From Ostrea edulis (taxonomy: Eukaryota), in contig NC_079168.1 of NCBI RefSeq assembly GCF_947568905.1, positions 73,718,001 to 73,782,000 on the forward strand: a stretch of 64,000 nt of DNA, read 5' to 3'. Below the pieces are notes generated by a model. That model had not been told where the DNA came from, did no database searches, and saw only the letters and a program-made list of their open reading frames with translations. Below are positions 1 through 13,000 of this stretch, in pieces. Within the stretch, counting starts at the first letter, position 1. Each line of letters begins with the position of its first letter. The position numbers and the translations under genes were made by a program.

Positions 1-90
1 AAAGATGGTGTACACATGTCAGATTTGGGTAACGAATTATTTATCAATTAATTAAGAAATGCTCTTTAAGGCACTATTGAAATATTAATA
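1..90 (+). pseudogene. Degraded SGNH/GDSL-hydrolase-like C-terminal fragment, possibly from an Ngaro/DIRS-type element
   Basis: Frame 1 reads KDGVHMSDLGNELFIN*, containing a DGxH block-V-like motif, followed by stops; truncated by the window edge. Confidence 0.35.
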
Positions 91-1594
91 TTATTAGAAA
101 TGTTTCGACGGAACTGACAGATAGAGGTTGTTTTCTTTGCTTCGTTTGCTAAAGAGTTCCATTTGAGAATGACATCTGGAAAAAAAAATTTGTTATATGT
201 TTCTTGCTTAGTTCTAGGAGGTATATAGTCATATTCTTAAAGCTGTATGACCCGATTTCATGTATTATTTTTGTACATAATTACTTTAAAGCAAATTAAT
301 TACTTTATAAAGTTATCAACTTTCCCTTAATTACATGTTTGAAAACATCTGCATGTAATAGAAAACAGTGCGAATATTATTTAGAAAGTAAATATAGTGG
401 CTACATATTAAATCATCCCATAATAGACGTCTATAAATAGACCCACGCGCGTCAGGAGAATCCCAACATGGTGTATTAACTCATACGCAACTATCTAGTT
501 TTAAGGCTCAAAGAGCGTAAAACAACGAATTACTAAGAGGTATTTGATATTTTTATTTCTATTAAACTTATCGTACGGTACTGTTATAACAAAATACACA
601 GCTTTACACAGAGATCTGAAAGTTTGAACTGGTCACGTGACTGTCACTTGAAATGGCAGAGTGACGCGGTTATTTGTAAACATCGATTTAAAATCAAATT
701 AAATAGTACATTATTGTGTACAAATGGAAACAGGGAAAAGTATTGGCTACGATAATATTGTTGAATTCAGAAATTTGATTTCAATGTTTTATATAAGCAT
801 CACGAAAAGAAAAACATAGCTCAAAGTATTTTAATTCTACACAAGAGAATTCATCGTTTACCCTGTGCTACGTTACTAGAGCAGGACCCCTCAAATAATG
901 GGTTTCTAGGTCATAAAAAGGAGTTATTGTTACATAATATTATATAACATATATGAATATTCATAATGTAAAGTGGATGCAAAAAGGGGCTTAATCCTCA
1001 CCTAGGGCACCATGGATTGGATACATTTATATAATACAAGTTCTACACATAATTAAGAAATTGTTTGAGAAAAGGAAATTTACTTTCACATGTTTTAAAA
1101 AGTGTAATACTAATAAATTAAAAATTATTTTTACATAATGTATTTGTATTTTTTTAAAATTGTTTATAATTTTTAATTTATTAGTATTACGCAAAATGTG
1201 TTTATTTCATTAATTGCATTTTCTATCATTGCGTTTGACGAGAAGAAACGATGTGTGTTCATAATTTTGCTCTTAAATTGTCGCAATGAACAAAAACTAC
1301 CATTATAAACACATTCGCAATACTAAGTTTCAAATATTGAAATTGTGAGCGGCCGTTCATTTTGTCTTTAGTCAACTATTCGGCATGACAGATTACGATT
1401 GCATTCGTAAAATCATTATCTAATTTTCAATACGGAGAGATCATTATCTTACATAAAGAACATCTAATTTGGAGCTCCAAGTGACTATCTAATAATAAAG
1501 TTTTATTTACTGTATACGAGTATGATATCCATAAATATACGCAATTACTCAAATATTTTTCTCAAATTCATTTGAATTAAAAATAGCGTTCATT

Positions 1595-1837
1595 TAGTTT
1601 CTGTGGAAACGAGGGTTTATTTATATTCGGTCTTTCCATTCCCTTCGTTTCTGTCCAAGCCCTCATAAAGTATGAATTGATTTATGTAAGTTTTCGAACG
1701 ATTCACATCAAATGTAAGCTGAAATAAATTCAAACCGAAGCGCGACTGATTTCCCACATACTTTATGAGGGCTTGGACAGAAACGAGGGGGATAGAAAGA
1801 CCGAATATAAATAACCCCCTCTTTTCCATAGAAACTA
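1595..1837. mobile_element. Mutator-like MITE
   Basis: ~80-bp inverted arms (1595-1674 / 1757-1837) and a perfect 9-bp target duplication GCGTTCATT at 1586-1594 and 1838-1846. Confidence 0.85.
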
Positions 1838-2182
1838 GCGTTCATTCAATTAATGAGCGCATCAATTCAAGCACGCATTAAAAAGTCCTTCCTCTATCGC
1901 AACAATTCAAGGAATTTTAACACGCATTAAAAAGTCCTTCCTCTATACAATATTATTTAATTCTGATTCCCCGTGCTTGCGAGGGGTTTCATTTAGTATA
2001 TGCATATAATTAATCCACGTGTGCACTTAAATTCTGTACAAAAAAGTATATTCTTACATTTGCACTGTATATTTTTTCTTCCTGTATCTTTTTTCACTTA
2101 TTTGAGAAAGAAGTTATGGCTTTTGGACGAAAATATATGCCAACTGTATAATTTACCTACAAAAAATAAGTTTGGATCTTGC

Positions 2183-2451
2183 TATTTAGACCGCCGCGGT
2201 TCTAATCCCGGCCGCGACAAACCTCAGTCGTTAAAACAGGTAGTGAAAGTTCCATCGCCAAACGCTGATATGCATCAGGTGTAAATGTCACGGGTCCTCG
2301 GAGATGACCTTAAACACGGATGTCCCGTGTTACAGTAGGTGTGGCACGCTAAAGAAACCTCATTGCTCCATGGCTGTAGGCGCCGAGCAAAGGCCTAAAT
2401 TTGAAACCCTTCACCGTTCTTCACCGTTCTTCACCGTGGACCATCGTGACC
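2183..2451 (+). mobile_element. tRNA-derived Meta/MESC-type SINE, 5' part (3' part resumes at about 4969-5010)
   Basis: B-box-like GGTTCTAATCCCGG; body similar to other copies in the window (GTGTGGCACGCTAAAGA, GCCGAGCAAAGGCCTAAATTT). The expected tail GGTGATGTCTCC...GTGAAAAATTCTCGAG appears only after 4968. Confidence 0.7.
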
Positions 2452-2453
2452 AT

Positions 2454-4966
2454 GGTGAAAAGATTCAGTAACGCAGGGTTTCTAGATTTTTGAAGCGATC
2501 GGTAGATTTATTTTTCTCAAAAACAACATAAATGAGAGTTTTCTTTGTCTAACACATATCGCACAGAACGCACAGAAGTATTAAGAAACAGAATATGCCC
2601 CATACTTTGAATGAAAGTAGTTACTTTTCTCAAACACTCGTGTTTAATATCGAGTACCTACGAAAATTCGCACGGATGTTTGCTTCATGAGCTGAATTCG
2701 AGGTTTGAAACAATTTGAGAAAGAACCATGATAATCTGTCACAAGAATATAGAAAGACATTCATTTTCTTACTAAACTGGGATTAATAATAGTCTTTATT
2801 TTGACGAAATGCTTGAAAATGAAAATAACGCAGGGTGAAAATATGGAAGATGTAGCGTTACTAAGGTGAAAAGATATCAAAGATTGTCATATTGATTAAT
2901 ATCATTCAGTAAATTCACAATTTTAAGTTTTTCTGTCTTATACATGTATTATATCCTGGTTTAAGGAATGAATCTATTTTTCTTTTCGCAGCGCATGATA
3001 CATAAGTTTCCCTTCAATTATAAGATATGAATAATTGCTACAAATAAGATGAATTGTTGGTACACGTATGGTGTGCAGGTACATCTTTAAGAGGATGTCA
3101 AGGTGCGATATTTTTATCTTTATTCTTAGCTATACTTTAAATCAGACATAAACCCAACATACAATAACTTCTAGGAGCTTAGCTGTACTATAATTTCCAC
3201 GGAACCATACTCCAACTTCCAAACCACGAGCATAGAAAAGCAAGAATTTTGTAACATTTATTCAATGATGAAAACATAAGAAATGCAACATATAAATAAA
3301 TCAAACATAATTGATGTGTCAAATTCAGAGGCAGATCAAAGATTACAGGGGTGGGTGGGGGTTGGGGGTTGGGGGTTACATATTAGCCAAAATACTCAGC
3401 CACTTTGGGTGCCAAATCTCTTTCTCTTTTGGGATGTATCAATGGTACTAGCTTTGGAAATTTGTCTTGTGATAAATGGAAAAAAAGTAATTCAAATTGT
3501 TTCAAATTACGTTTTCAAATTGAAAAATCCCTTTTGTCGTAAAATGTAACTTTGTACATATATAATTATTTTTGTTTGTTCCTGTTCATATCTAATTATA
3601 TAATGTTCTAGTTGTCAAATACTCATAACTCTCCATCACCTTGGAGGAAATAAAGACTATCTTATATATATATATATAATCCAAATAGAAAGAGTTGATA
3701 TCACACAGTCAAAATAATTCAATAAAAAAGCAGGAAAATATACAGTTCCAAAATATATTTAAATCACTAGCGCTTTCTGGATTTTAACATCCATCCTCAG
3801 GCGTAGTTAAGTTCTGACTTTGAATCAACTGCATGTAACTTCATTGCTCAAAATGACCTCATAAATTTCCAAGGAGAAAAGCGGTGTCAAATCCGATATC
3901 GCACGTGAAAATAATTTGATATTTCTCAAAGAGTGGGATCACAGATCTCTGGGTGGAATCGGAGATAAGGGAAACCCTCAATAGACAACATCATTCAAAG
4001 GTAAGTTGAATATCATTTAAGATAACACATCAAGCAATTGGGACCAATGAACACACGAGGAAGACATTGGACGACAATATACAGTGTAGATAATGTAGCT
4101 ATCCGGATTACCACTGTGCTCGAACCTCCTACATATCGTGAGCTTAGAGGTTTCAAATAACACAATAAGAGTAGAGAACAAGAGAACAAACTTCCTCACT
4201 GTAAGAGCATTGAACGAATGGGTCCTAATTAAGAAAAGTTACCGAGGTACAGACAGATTTACCTGTAACTACAAGTAACTACATGTATATGATTTCCATA
4301 TCATTTCATTTTCGTTGCGCCAACGATTCCGATTGACTGCGTTTTTGTTAATCGTTTCATTGACCAGATGCTCATACACAATTGAGAAGGAATCGATAGA
4401 GGTATATCGCAAAAAATGGAAGGAAAACGTATGTATTATGCGCTGCGAAAAGAAAAATAGATTCGTTCCTTAAATCAGGATATAATATATGACAGAAAAA
4501 CTTAAAATTGTGAATTTACTGAATGATATTAATCTTTGATATCTTTTCATCTTAGTAACGCTATATCTTCCATCTTTTCACTCTGCATTATTTTCATTTT
4601 CAAGCATTTCGTCAAAATAAAGATTATAATTTATGAATCCTAATTTAGTAAGAAATTGAATGTCTTTTTATATTCTTATGACAGATTATCATGGTTCTTT
4701 CTCAAATTGTTTCAAACCTTGAATACAGCTCATGAAGCAAACAGCCGTGTGAATTTTCGTAGGTACTCGATATTAAACACGAGTGTTTGAGAAAAGTAAC
4801 TACTTTCATTCAAAGTATGGGGCATAGTCTGTTTCTTAATACTTCTGTGCGTTCCGTGCGATATGTGTTAGACAAAGAAAACTCTCATTTATGTTGTTTT
4901 TGAGAAAAATAAATCGACCGATCGCTTCAAAAATCTAGAAACCCTGCGTTACTGAATCTTTTTACC
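2454..4966. mobile_element. Non-autonomous DNA transposon with very long inverted arms (ISL2EU-like termini)
   Basis: Arms ~2454-3019 and ~4415-4966 are reverse complements; termini GG...CC flanked by AT on both sides; splits a SINE. Confidence 0.75.
3759..3810 (-). ncRNA. Minimal type I hammerhead ribozyme motif, Penelope pLTR relic
   Basis: Minus strand: CTGAGGA core, stem II TGGAT/ATCCA with GTTAAA loop, GAAA, palindromic GCGC, TA cleavage site; stem I only partly paired. Confidence 0.6.
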
Positions 4967-5668
4967 ATTTGGTGATGTCTCCACACCAGTGAAAAATTCT
5001 CGAGACTGGAGACGTTAAGTATTCGTAAATCACTCGTCGGTATCCGTGTCTAAATCGTAACAATCCGTGTACTTTTACGGATTTGTGGAATACGTAAAGA
5101 TCCGCAAGAAAAATCCGTGAATGTGAAGGTACCATAAACAAATCAATCAATCTCAATCTTGCTATGTTAGGAAAGATAACTCTTCCATCCGGAATTTCTA
5201 AACCAACATGTTTTATAAAGTTTTCTATATATGGCTGTGTAGACACTTTTTTCAATTTGACCTTTTCATATCATTAATATGCATGTGTATTTTCTATTTA
5301 CAGAAGTTGGTACAGACCTAACTGCCATTTTTCAAGAAATCGAAGTTTGATGTTATAAAAATTCCCTTATCCAGAAATAATTTTAAAAAAGAATATGATG
5401 ACTATAAAGATATTGTTTTCTTGTATTTTAATTCAGTCATCGTAAACAGAAATATTTCAAAAGACAAAATGAGGACTTCTGGTGTATGTAATTGAAAATT
5501 GATGGAATTCAAATTTCTTTAAAACATGAATAAAAATTGTGAAAAATTAACGATAAACACTTGAGATTTGGGGCTATTAGGGATGTTTCTATAAATATAT
5601 GAGGAGTTGGTATAGGAAAATCATTCAACCTTAAAGATTCTTTTGTTTGCTAGGCCCATTGTACTTAA

Positions 5669-6623
5669 GAATGCTGGACAACTCGCCCCCAAGGCAACTC
5701 GCCCTCAAGACAACTCACCCCCTCTTAGGACAACTCGCCCTCTCGGAACAAGTCGACACTTTTCTTGAGACAAGTCGCCCCCAACATTATATATAAATAT
5801 ATTATCACATTTTATTTTCATTGTGTGTGTGTGTGTGTGTTTTATCGATAGAGTATATTTAAGTATAAATGTGATGCATGAATATTCTGATACATGTAAT
5901 TATCTTTAAATGCGTTTCTCAACTAATTGCCGTTGAAAAATCATAAAATTCCCATGTTAGAAATTTTATAACGGCTTTGCTTTACTGATTCTTTTTACGC
6001 GGCGATTTCAAAGTGAAAAGTACTCTGATGATGAGTACCTTATCGTCAAACTTCCGCCAGAGGTCGTTTGCACACAAACCAACTCTCTGTGTGCGGAGAC
6101 GCAGAGGACTATGGGTAGTATGCCTTAACGTTTGAAGTAAATTGATAACAGCTTGGGGGAAATCAAACAATTAGATTTAACAACAGACGCCGATTATAGA
6201 TAATTATAGTACGTCAGCCGTAGACCAAGTTAATACTCTCCCTACCATACGCTTACTTGCTTCCGCTGAAATTATATATTTTACATGTACATAAAAGCGA
6301 TGATGAATTTGAACCCAAACACTTGATTTTCACTAAAATATTTCGTCTTGCATAAAAAGTTCGGTGCTTATGTGAACATGTCTTTTTGTCTGTGATGTAT
6401 ATACTATCTATAAGAAATTTATTAATTTTTGCTAATCCACCTCTTGGATTTAGACCAAAAATAATAATTGTAAACATGTATGATACGAAGGGGAGAGTTA
6501 TCTTAAGAGAGGGGGGCGAGTTGTCCCAAAGAGAGGGCGAGTTGTCTTGAGGGCGAGTTTTCTTAGGGGCGAGTTGTCCCAAAGAGGGGACGGGTTGTCT
6601 TGGGGGCGAGTTGTCCTGATACC
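5669..6623. mobile_element. Foldback-type MITE with subterminal ACAACTCGCCC repeats
   Basis: Arrays of (G)ACAACTCGCCC at 5677-5785 and GGGCGAGTTGTC at 6512-6616; flanks GTACTTAA / GTACTGAA (8 bp, one mismatch). Confidence 0.7.
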
Positions 6624-7589
6624 GTACTGAATAGGCAACAGGGCATCAATTTTCTTGTTAAGACATGGGCCACAGTAAATGTTGAATTTTTGTATTATGA
6701 ATGTACATATATTTATTTTTCATTCAAGCCCTTAATCCTATTTTACTACTTTTAAGATATGGGGTTTTTTTTGCCAAAACTAAATTGCTCGAACGTCATA
6801 ACACAAAATAATGAACTTAATTATTGATTATCAACTTTATATAGTGTTGCCAGCAAACTAATGCTTTGTAAATTAAAATCCATCGTTAATCGTCTTTAAT
6901 CGTGATTGCTGTTCCTTACTTAAAGACATGAATTCTTCTGTACAAGATCGAAATCATTTACGGTTCTCAGAAATATATCTTTAGTTTATCAGATACGAAA
7001 CCGAAAGTAAGAAAGATGACATGTGGACTATAATTAAAGCTATTGGGGAAGTTCAGAGTAGTAAATCATTGTTAAGCACATGCGATGCATAAAAAAGTTT
7101 AAACGTATAACTTATGAATCAATATTGGCCCAACTATTCAGATCGTTGATCATTGCTGGATAAGGAAGTGCTGTTATTCGGAAATTCAGTTAATTTCTTA
7201 AAGGTGAGTGTGTGTATTTTATAAATTATCCCTCGCCATAATAGCAATTCTTATTGTTTCTTAAGAAGGACAATGTCATTTTGTGTGTTTGATAAGACAG
7301 GTACGCTTATCTTTTGATATACTGGTGTCTTTGTGTAAAACCAGGAAGTAAACTTTCGTGAACCAAGTGTATATAAAACTCGATAAGAAGCTATGTAATA
7401 TTTGTATTCTGTATATTTAATGCTAAACCAAACACTTCTGTATTATACATTTATTATAATGTATCTGTATGGATTAGCCATTTGGCTTAAAAAATAAATA
7501 AATAAAACGTTCTTGACTAATTAAGACGACACTAAGCATAATAAGAAGTACATACAAGTATTGAAAATGAATATATAATTAGGGTACCT

Positions 7590-7900
7590 CAATAGGCAGT
7601 CGTCCTTCTATAATCAGCCTGTGTGTGATTGCGTCCATTCGTGCAAACGCTTTTGCTATCCCTTCAACTTTTGTACCAATTTTTTTTATATTGACTTGTA
7701 TCACCATTGGTTACAAATTAAATTTGAGTTTGAGCTTTGTTGATCTATTTTTGAAAGAGTTATGGACCTTGAGCTAAACACATTTTAGGTATTCAACAGT
7801 TTCCTGGACTTGTTTGACTATCCCAGCAGCTATTGAATTGCAAATTTGATTATACATGGACATATATTATTGGGTTACAGATTAAGTTTCGTGTACTTTA
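7590..7900 (+). mobile_element. Degraded Helentron/HINE-like fragment
   Basis: TGTGTGTG/GTCC-like microsatellite followed by GAGTTATGGACCTTG-type central repeat sequence resembling 15430-15760. Confidence 0.3.
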
Positions 7901-9881
7901 AATAATGCCACAAATCGGAGCCCATTTATGATGCATGCCATCAAATTGGTAATATCTATCTCATTTATAAGAAACCCTTATTCATTTTATCTCTTTAAAA
8001 ATGTTAGTCGGGCAACACTGAAACAATGAAGCTATTTTATGTATGCATTGAAATGACTGTCATGTGATATGAAGCCCTGTTGTTATTTTTAACTTTTGGC
8101 CAACTGTGGAAAAAATCATGTATATACTGCTTGAAGAACACTGCTCCACACTGTAATAGCTGAACAATATCAGTATAATCAGACATAATCATTATGTTTT
8201 GTATAGACCACAGTGGGAATGCAGAATTACTATAGATACTTTAATTGTCAGCAATGGGGAAAAAAATCCCTACGAAGAGTCATTTAGTAACTTTAGAGAC
8301 GAAATGATATGTGCTTACGATGTTTAATCGGTGTTTCGTCTATATATAGTAATCTTTCATACATGTAACTACTCCGACTCATATTCGCGGAAATGGATTT
8401 TGTATGAACTGTGTTCTATTTTTGTTTTCTTTTTAAATAACATGTTACTGTATCAGCTCTCATCTGAAATTTGATGCACTATAGTATAGAAATCTCTCTG
8501 ACCTAGGTAGCGCATAGATGAAAACCGTTTTAATCTTACAAAGCTATATACATGTATAAGGTATGACGAAGAATTCAAGTTTGGAAAAAAAAATCAGACG
8601 GGTGTACACATACTTATTCATTTACATGTGCAGCGTGCACAAAGTGCATGTAAATAAAGTTTCACTAGAACTAAAACCATTTTGAGATAATTCTACTAAC
8701 AATTTTACATCCCTTTAAGACAAACTAGGAAGAGCAACATAACAAGATATTTGAACATTCCATGGAATCAGTTCGAAATACAACGTACTGAAGTCGTAAA
8801 TCCTCGTCAAGAATTTATTTTTTAAAATTGGTTTTTGTACACATAATAAAGTATAAGAATATAACAAGAATTTATGATTCATGTGTGGTGTTTTTTTTTT
8901 ATTAGTAAGAGATGTATTTGTCGTAATGCAGTTTGTGCACATGTCAGGAGGAAATGTATACTCAGCAACACGCCACTAATTAATAACTCCAAGATACAAT
9001 GTGTTAGAGACACGTTATGGATACTTGTAATATTTAGTTTTATACAGAAAGGTTATCAGAAAAAAGCATGGAGCTACTAAGTCAACATATTCTTTAACAT
9101 ATCGAGATACGAACTCAACTTTTGTCCTGATCGGCGATTTCCGGACAATCATCTCCAGTCCTGTTTCAGAAATTCACATTCGACCAGAGTATCTATTTTT
9201 GTATATAACCGGTTATTTAAAATGATGAGGTAATGATATACTTAGTGTGTTTCTTCCACGGAGATCAATTTAAAAAAAATAAATTTATGATCAATCTGCA
9301 TATTTTCAATGACGATTCTATGGAAACTACGGAGATCAAAATTTTTGAATTGGGGATCAATCTTCACATTTTCAACGACGACTCGATGGAAACCAAGATT
9401 TATTCATGAACCAGTAAAGACTACGATTCATTGAAGACTAACATCAGTACACACTAGGACTCAGTGAAGGTTAATATTCATTGGTGACTCAGTGGGAACT
9501 AAGGTTTATTTTTCATTCATGATTCACTGGAAATCAAGTATTATCCATGGCTTAGTGGAGACTAAATAAGGTTTATTCATGATTCGATGGAAATCAACTT
9601 ACTTTGTATAAATAGGACTGCAGCGAAAACACCATATTCCTATACAACTTGTACATGTACAGTGATCGTGTTTCTATTTATACGCTTCTCTTCTAAACCT
9701 GCATATAGGTACATGTGTACTTTGTTTATTCGATTTGAATAATATTATTCACAAAACGGATAGCAAACACAGCCTATTAAGGGTCTACTGTATTTATTCC
9801 TTTATGAACGAATACTGTATATGTAGTACACTGTATGTTGTAAAAATGAAATCAGGGGATTCGTTTCAGTCATTCCAGAGT

Positions 9882-9956
9882 AACTGTATTCATATGGAAT
9901 AACTGTATTCATATGGAATAACTGTATTCATATGGAATAACTGTATTCATATGGAA
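9882..9956. repeat. 19-bp tandem repeat, 4 copies
   Basis: AACTGTATTCATATGGAAT repeated directly. Confidence 0.95.
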
Positions 9957-10084
9957 AACAGTTTTCAAAATTTTGAAAAGAAGTATTTAATATTTTTCAT
10001 TTTCAGGAAGAAATTTGTTTCTTGCTTCACCGAAACAGATAAATGTATTGATGACGAGGGGCGTGGTCTACAATCTAAAAGGTG

Positions 10085-13000
10085 ATGGATCCGGTAGGTA
10101 CAGCAAGGACACGGAACGGAAGTCTGGTTTCCATGACGTGATATTTTCGATTGATACATGTATATCAATTGGAAATGTTTTCTGTAAAGATAATTTTGTA
10201 TTTGGGATGTCTTAAGATAATCCATGTTGGTAATTTCAAGTAAATGTGTTTTATAATGTATCTGTCCAGAAGTGAAAGTAGCTGATTCATATACTGTGTG
10301 ATAGCAATTTGAATGAATCACGATGTTCTCTATTATCTAAGAAAATTCAGTATTATGACTTTATATTTAGTTTTCAAACCAGGATCCTTGGGACAATACC
10401 GAAATGACAGCACAGAATTATTACACAAGTGGAGAAGGAGACTTTGATTGGGTAGAGATTTGATTCTTGCGCTTCTAATTTACTTACGCTTTCTTATCAC
10501 TGCATATGCAGTTCTGAATATATCTTAAGTCGGGTGAGTTTTAAATTAATTGTTTTTTCAATCGTCTTGTTGATTTAGTTTACTTTTCTTAATCATATTT
10601 CTAGACAATAGAAAGTGTCCAAATGAATTTAGAGCTTCAGTTTTTATGTAACATGAGACTTGTCAGTCGTGGTTTTAATGACATGTGCAACAGTGCCGAG
10701 TTAGGAAAAAAAAAAAAAAAAACAAAGGTTACAAAAATCTTGTATGATTTTAAAGAATAGAAATAATTCTTTATTATTCATATTTTTGTAAGTTGATTTA
10801 AGACCACTAGGCGTCTGGATCCCAGAGTAAAGTATTCTACCAACATTGTTGAATGTATATTTCTTAAAGAGATCATTCAATTATTTCTCACAGAACGATC
10901 TGGAAAATATCCCTTTTTCTGCGACCTTTGACAACGAAACATGGAACAATACTCATCAGGCATTGCCTCATGATGAACCGAGAGATCAAGGAATTGAAGT
11001 AAATATGACAAAGATGAATTAACCTCCATTACATGATTTTATAAAACATTTTTGATTTTACGAAAGCTTTTAAAAAATCTTTAATTGAATGGATTATATT
11101 TGCTCCTTCCCATTTTGATAATGCATTTCTTCAAGTTTTATTTATTTATGAAATTGATTCATCTTTTACCTATATATTTTTTATAGGACATGATCGACAA
11201 TTTGCCGTATACAGCACCGGTATTTTACAGAAACGACGAATATAGCGACATTTCTTTATCTCCACCGACTATTCAACACTACGAAGAAACCGACAGAAAT
11301 CTGGTAACCAAATGTTATTGCAAATCTTAAATTCTGTTGAGTGGAAAGTAAAAACATGTATCATGAGGGAATTAGTCATATTTCATATTCATTATGAATC
11401 TTTTTAATATTTAAATATGGCTTTGATATTTTAACATATTTATGAAGAAACTCAATAGGATTTGGCAACATGCATATCCTATGCAGGCCCTCTCCCAAGC
11501 ATAGCTTATGCAGGTCATCTCCCAGGCATAGCCTATGCAGGCCCTCTCCCAAGCATAGCCTTTGTTGGCCCTCTCCCAAAATGTAACTTCCTAGACGTGA
11601 CTAGTAGGAAATTCTTGTTTCAGCGACAAGGTGTATGCTATATAGGCCTACATGTTATTACATTTCACGAAAGTGATACTGCAAGGCATGTAGATATCAT
11701 GGTTTTTCATTACCCCAAATCTTTTCCCCCGTTTCCATTTAAAGGACTCTGACACAAGGGCACTACCCCTCATTGGAAGTCTATGTTTTCCATCTACTTT
11801 TAGATTTTCTTCAGTAAATAACAATTGTAAAAATCTATATATACGGTACCACCCTCACGAGTCTGCGCAGTCCAAAGTTTTCTTACTAGGGAATGTGCTT
11901 TAAGCCATAAAATGTCTGTAATTTTCTAGATCTGTGTAAAACCATAGAGATAAAACCCAAAGAACTTTCACGAAAGACAGTGTTGATCAGATAAAAACAA
12001 TTTACAAAGACAAATTTCATGGTGTATTATTACCAATAAACTTAGCTTTCGGTACAGAATTAAATACTAGTACTGTATACATGTCTCAAAAATTAAATAC
12101 TGTATATTATTATTCAATTCAATCTTCGATACAGAATTAAATACTGTATATGAATATTCAATTCAATCTTCAATACAGAATTAAATATTCTATATGAATA
12201 TTCAATTCAGCCTTCGATACAGAATTAAACACTGAATATGAATATTAAATTCAGCCTTCAATACAGAATTAAATACTGTATATGAATATTCAATTCACTC
12301 TTCGGTACAGAATTAAATACTGTATATGAATATTCAATTCAGCCTTCGATACAGAATTAATTACTGTATATGTATATTCAATTCAGCCTTCGATACCGAA
12401 TTAAATACTGGATATGTATATTCAATTCAATCTTCGGTACAGAAATAAATACTGTATATGTATATTTAATTCAGCCTTCGATACAGCATTAAATACTGTA
12501 TATGTATATTTAAGCCACCAAAGAAAAGAAGAAGAGTACACGAAACTGATTTCAGCACGGAATGTGCACCTTATATTAACTTGAACCCACAGTTCCCAGA
12601 GGACGTTGTTACCAGTCATATACCGAATCAGGACTTCATACGATACTGCACCGTGAGACCGGTGATTGTAGGGATGGGAAATTTCCGCGGAGAGGTAATA
12701 CAATTTTTTACAATTGACGGTTCACAGTTATGGAATAATATGCCAGATTTTTAAAAAATATTATCCAACATTGGAAACTTTTAAATCCACTTATTTTAGA
12801 TTTTTTTTCATCCTGGAAATTAAAAACATATAGATTTTTTGGTTTATTTTCAGTTTTAATTACATGTACCGATATGTAGATAGCTTATTATGTTTTCAGG
12901 ACCACAATGTAAACTAGTTTTTTAAAACTTACTATGCTATCCTGTATAAATATAGGACATTCTTATTCTTCTTATTATTATAACCCGACTACCGAACTGA

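Noticed and set aside
11930-12051. Possible extra HLTF exon (DKTQRTF...INLAF)
   Set aside because: The best acceptor gives stops and the donor phase does not match; exon 11303 joins 12515 in frame without it.
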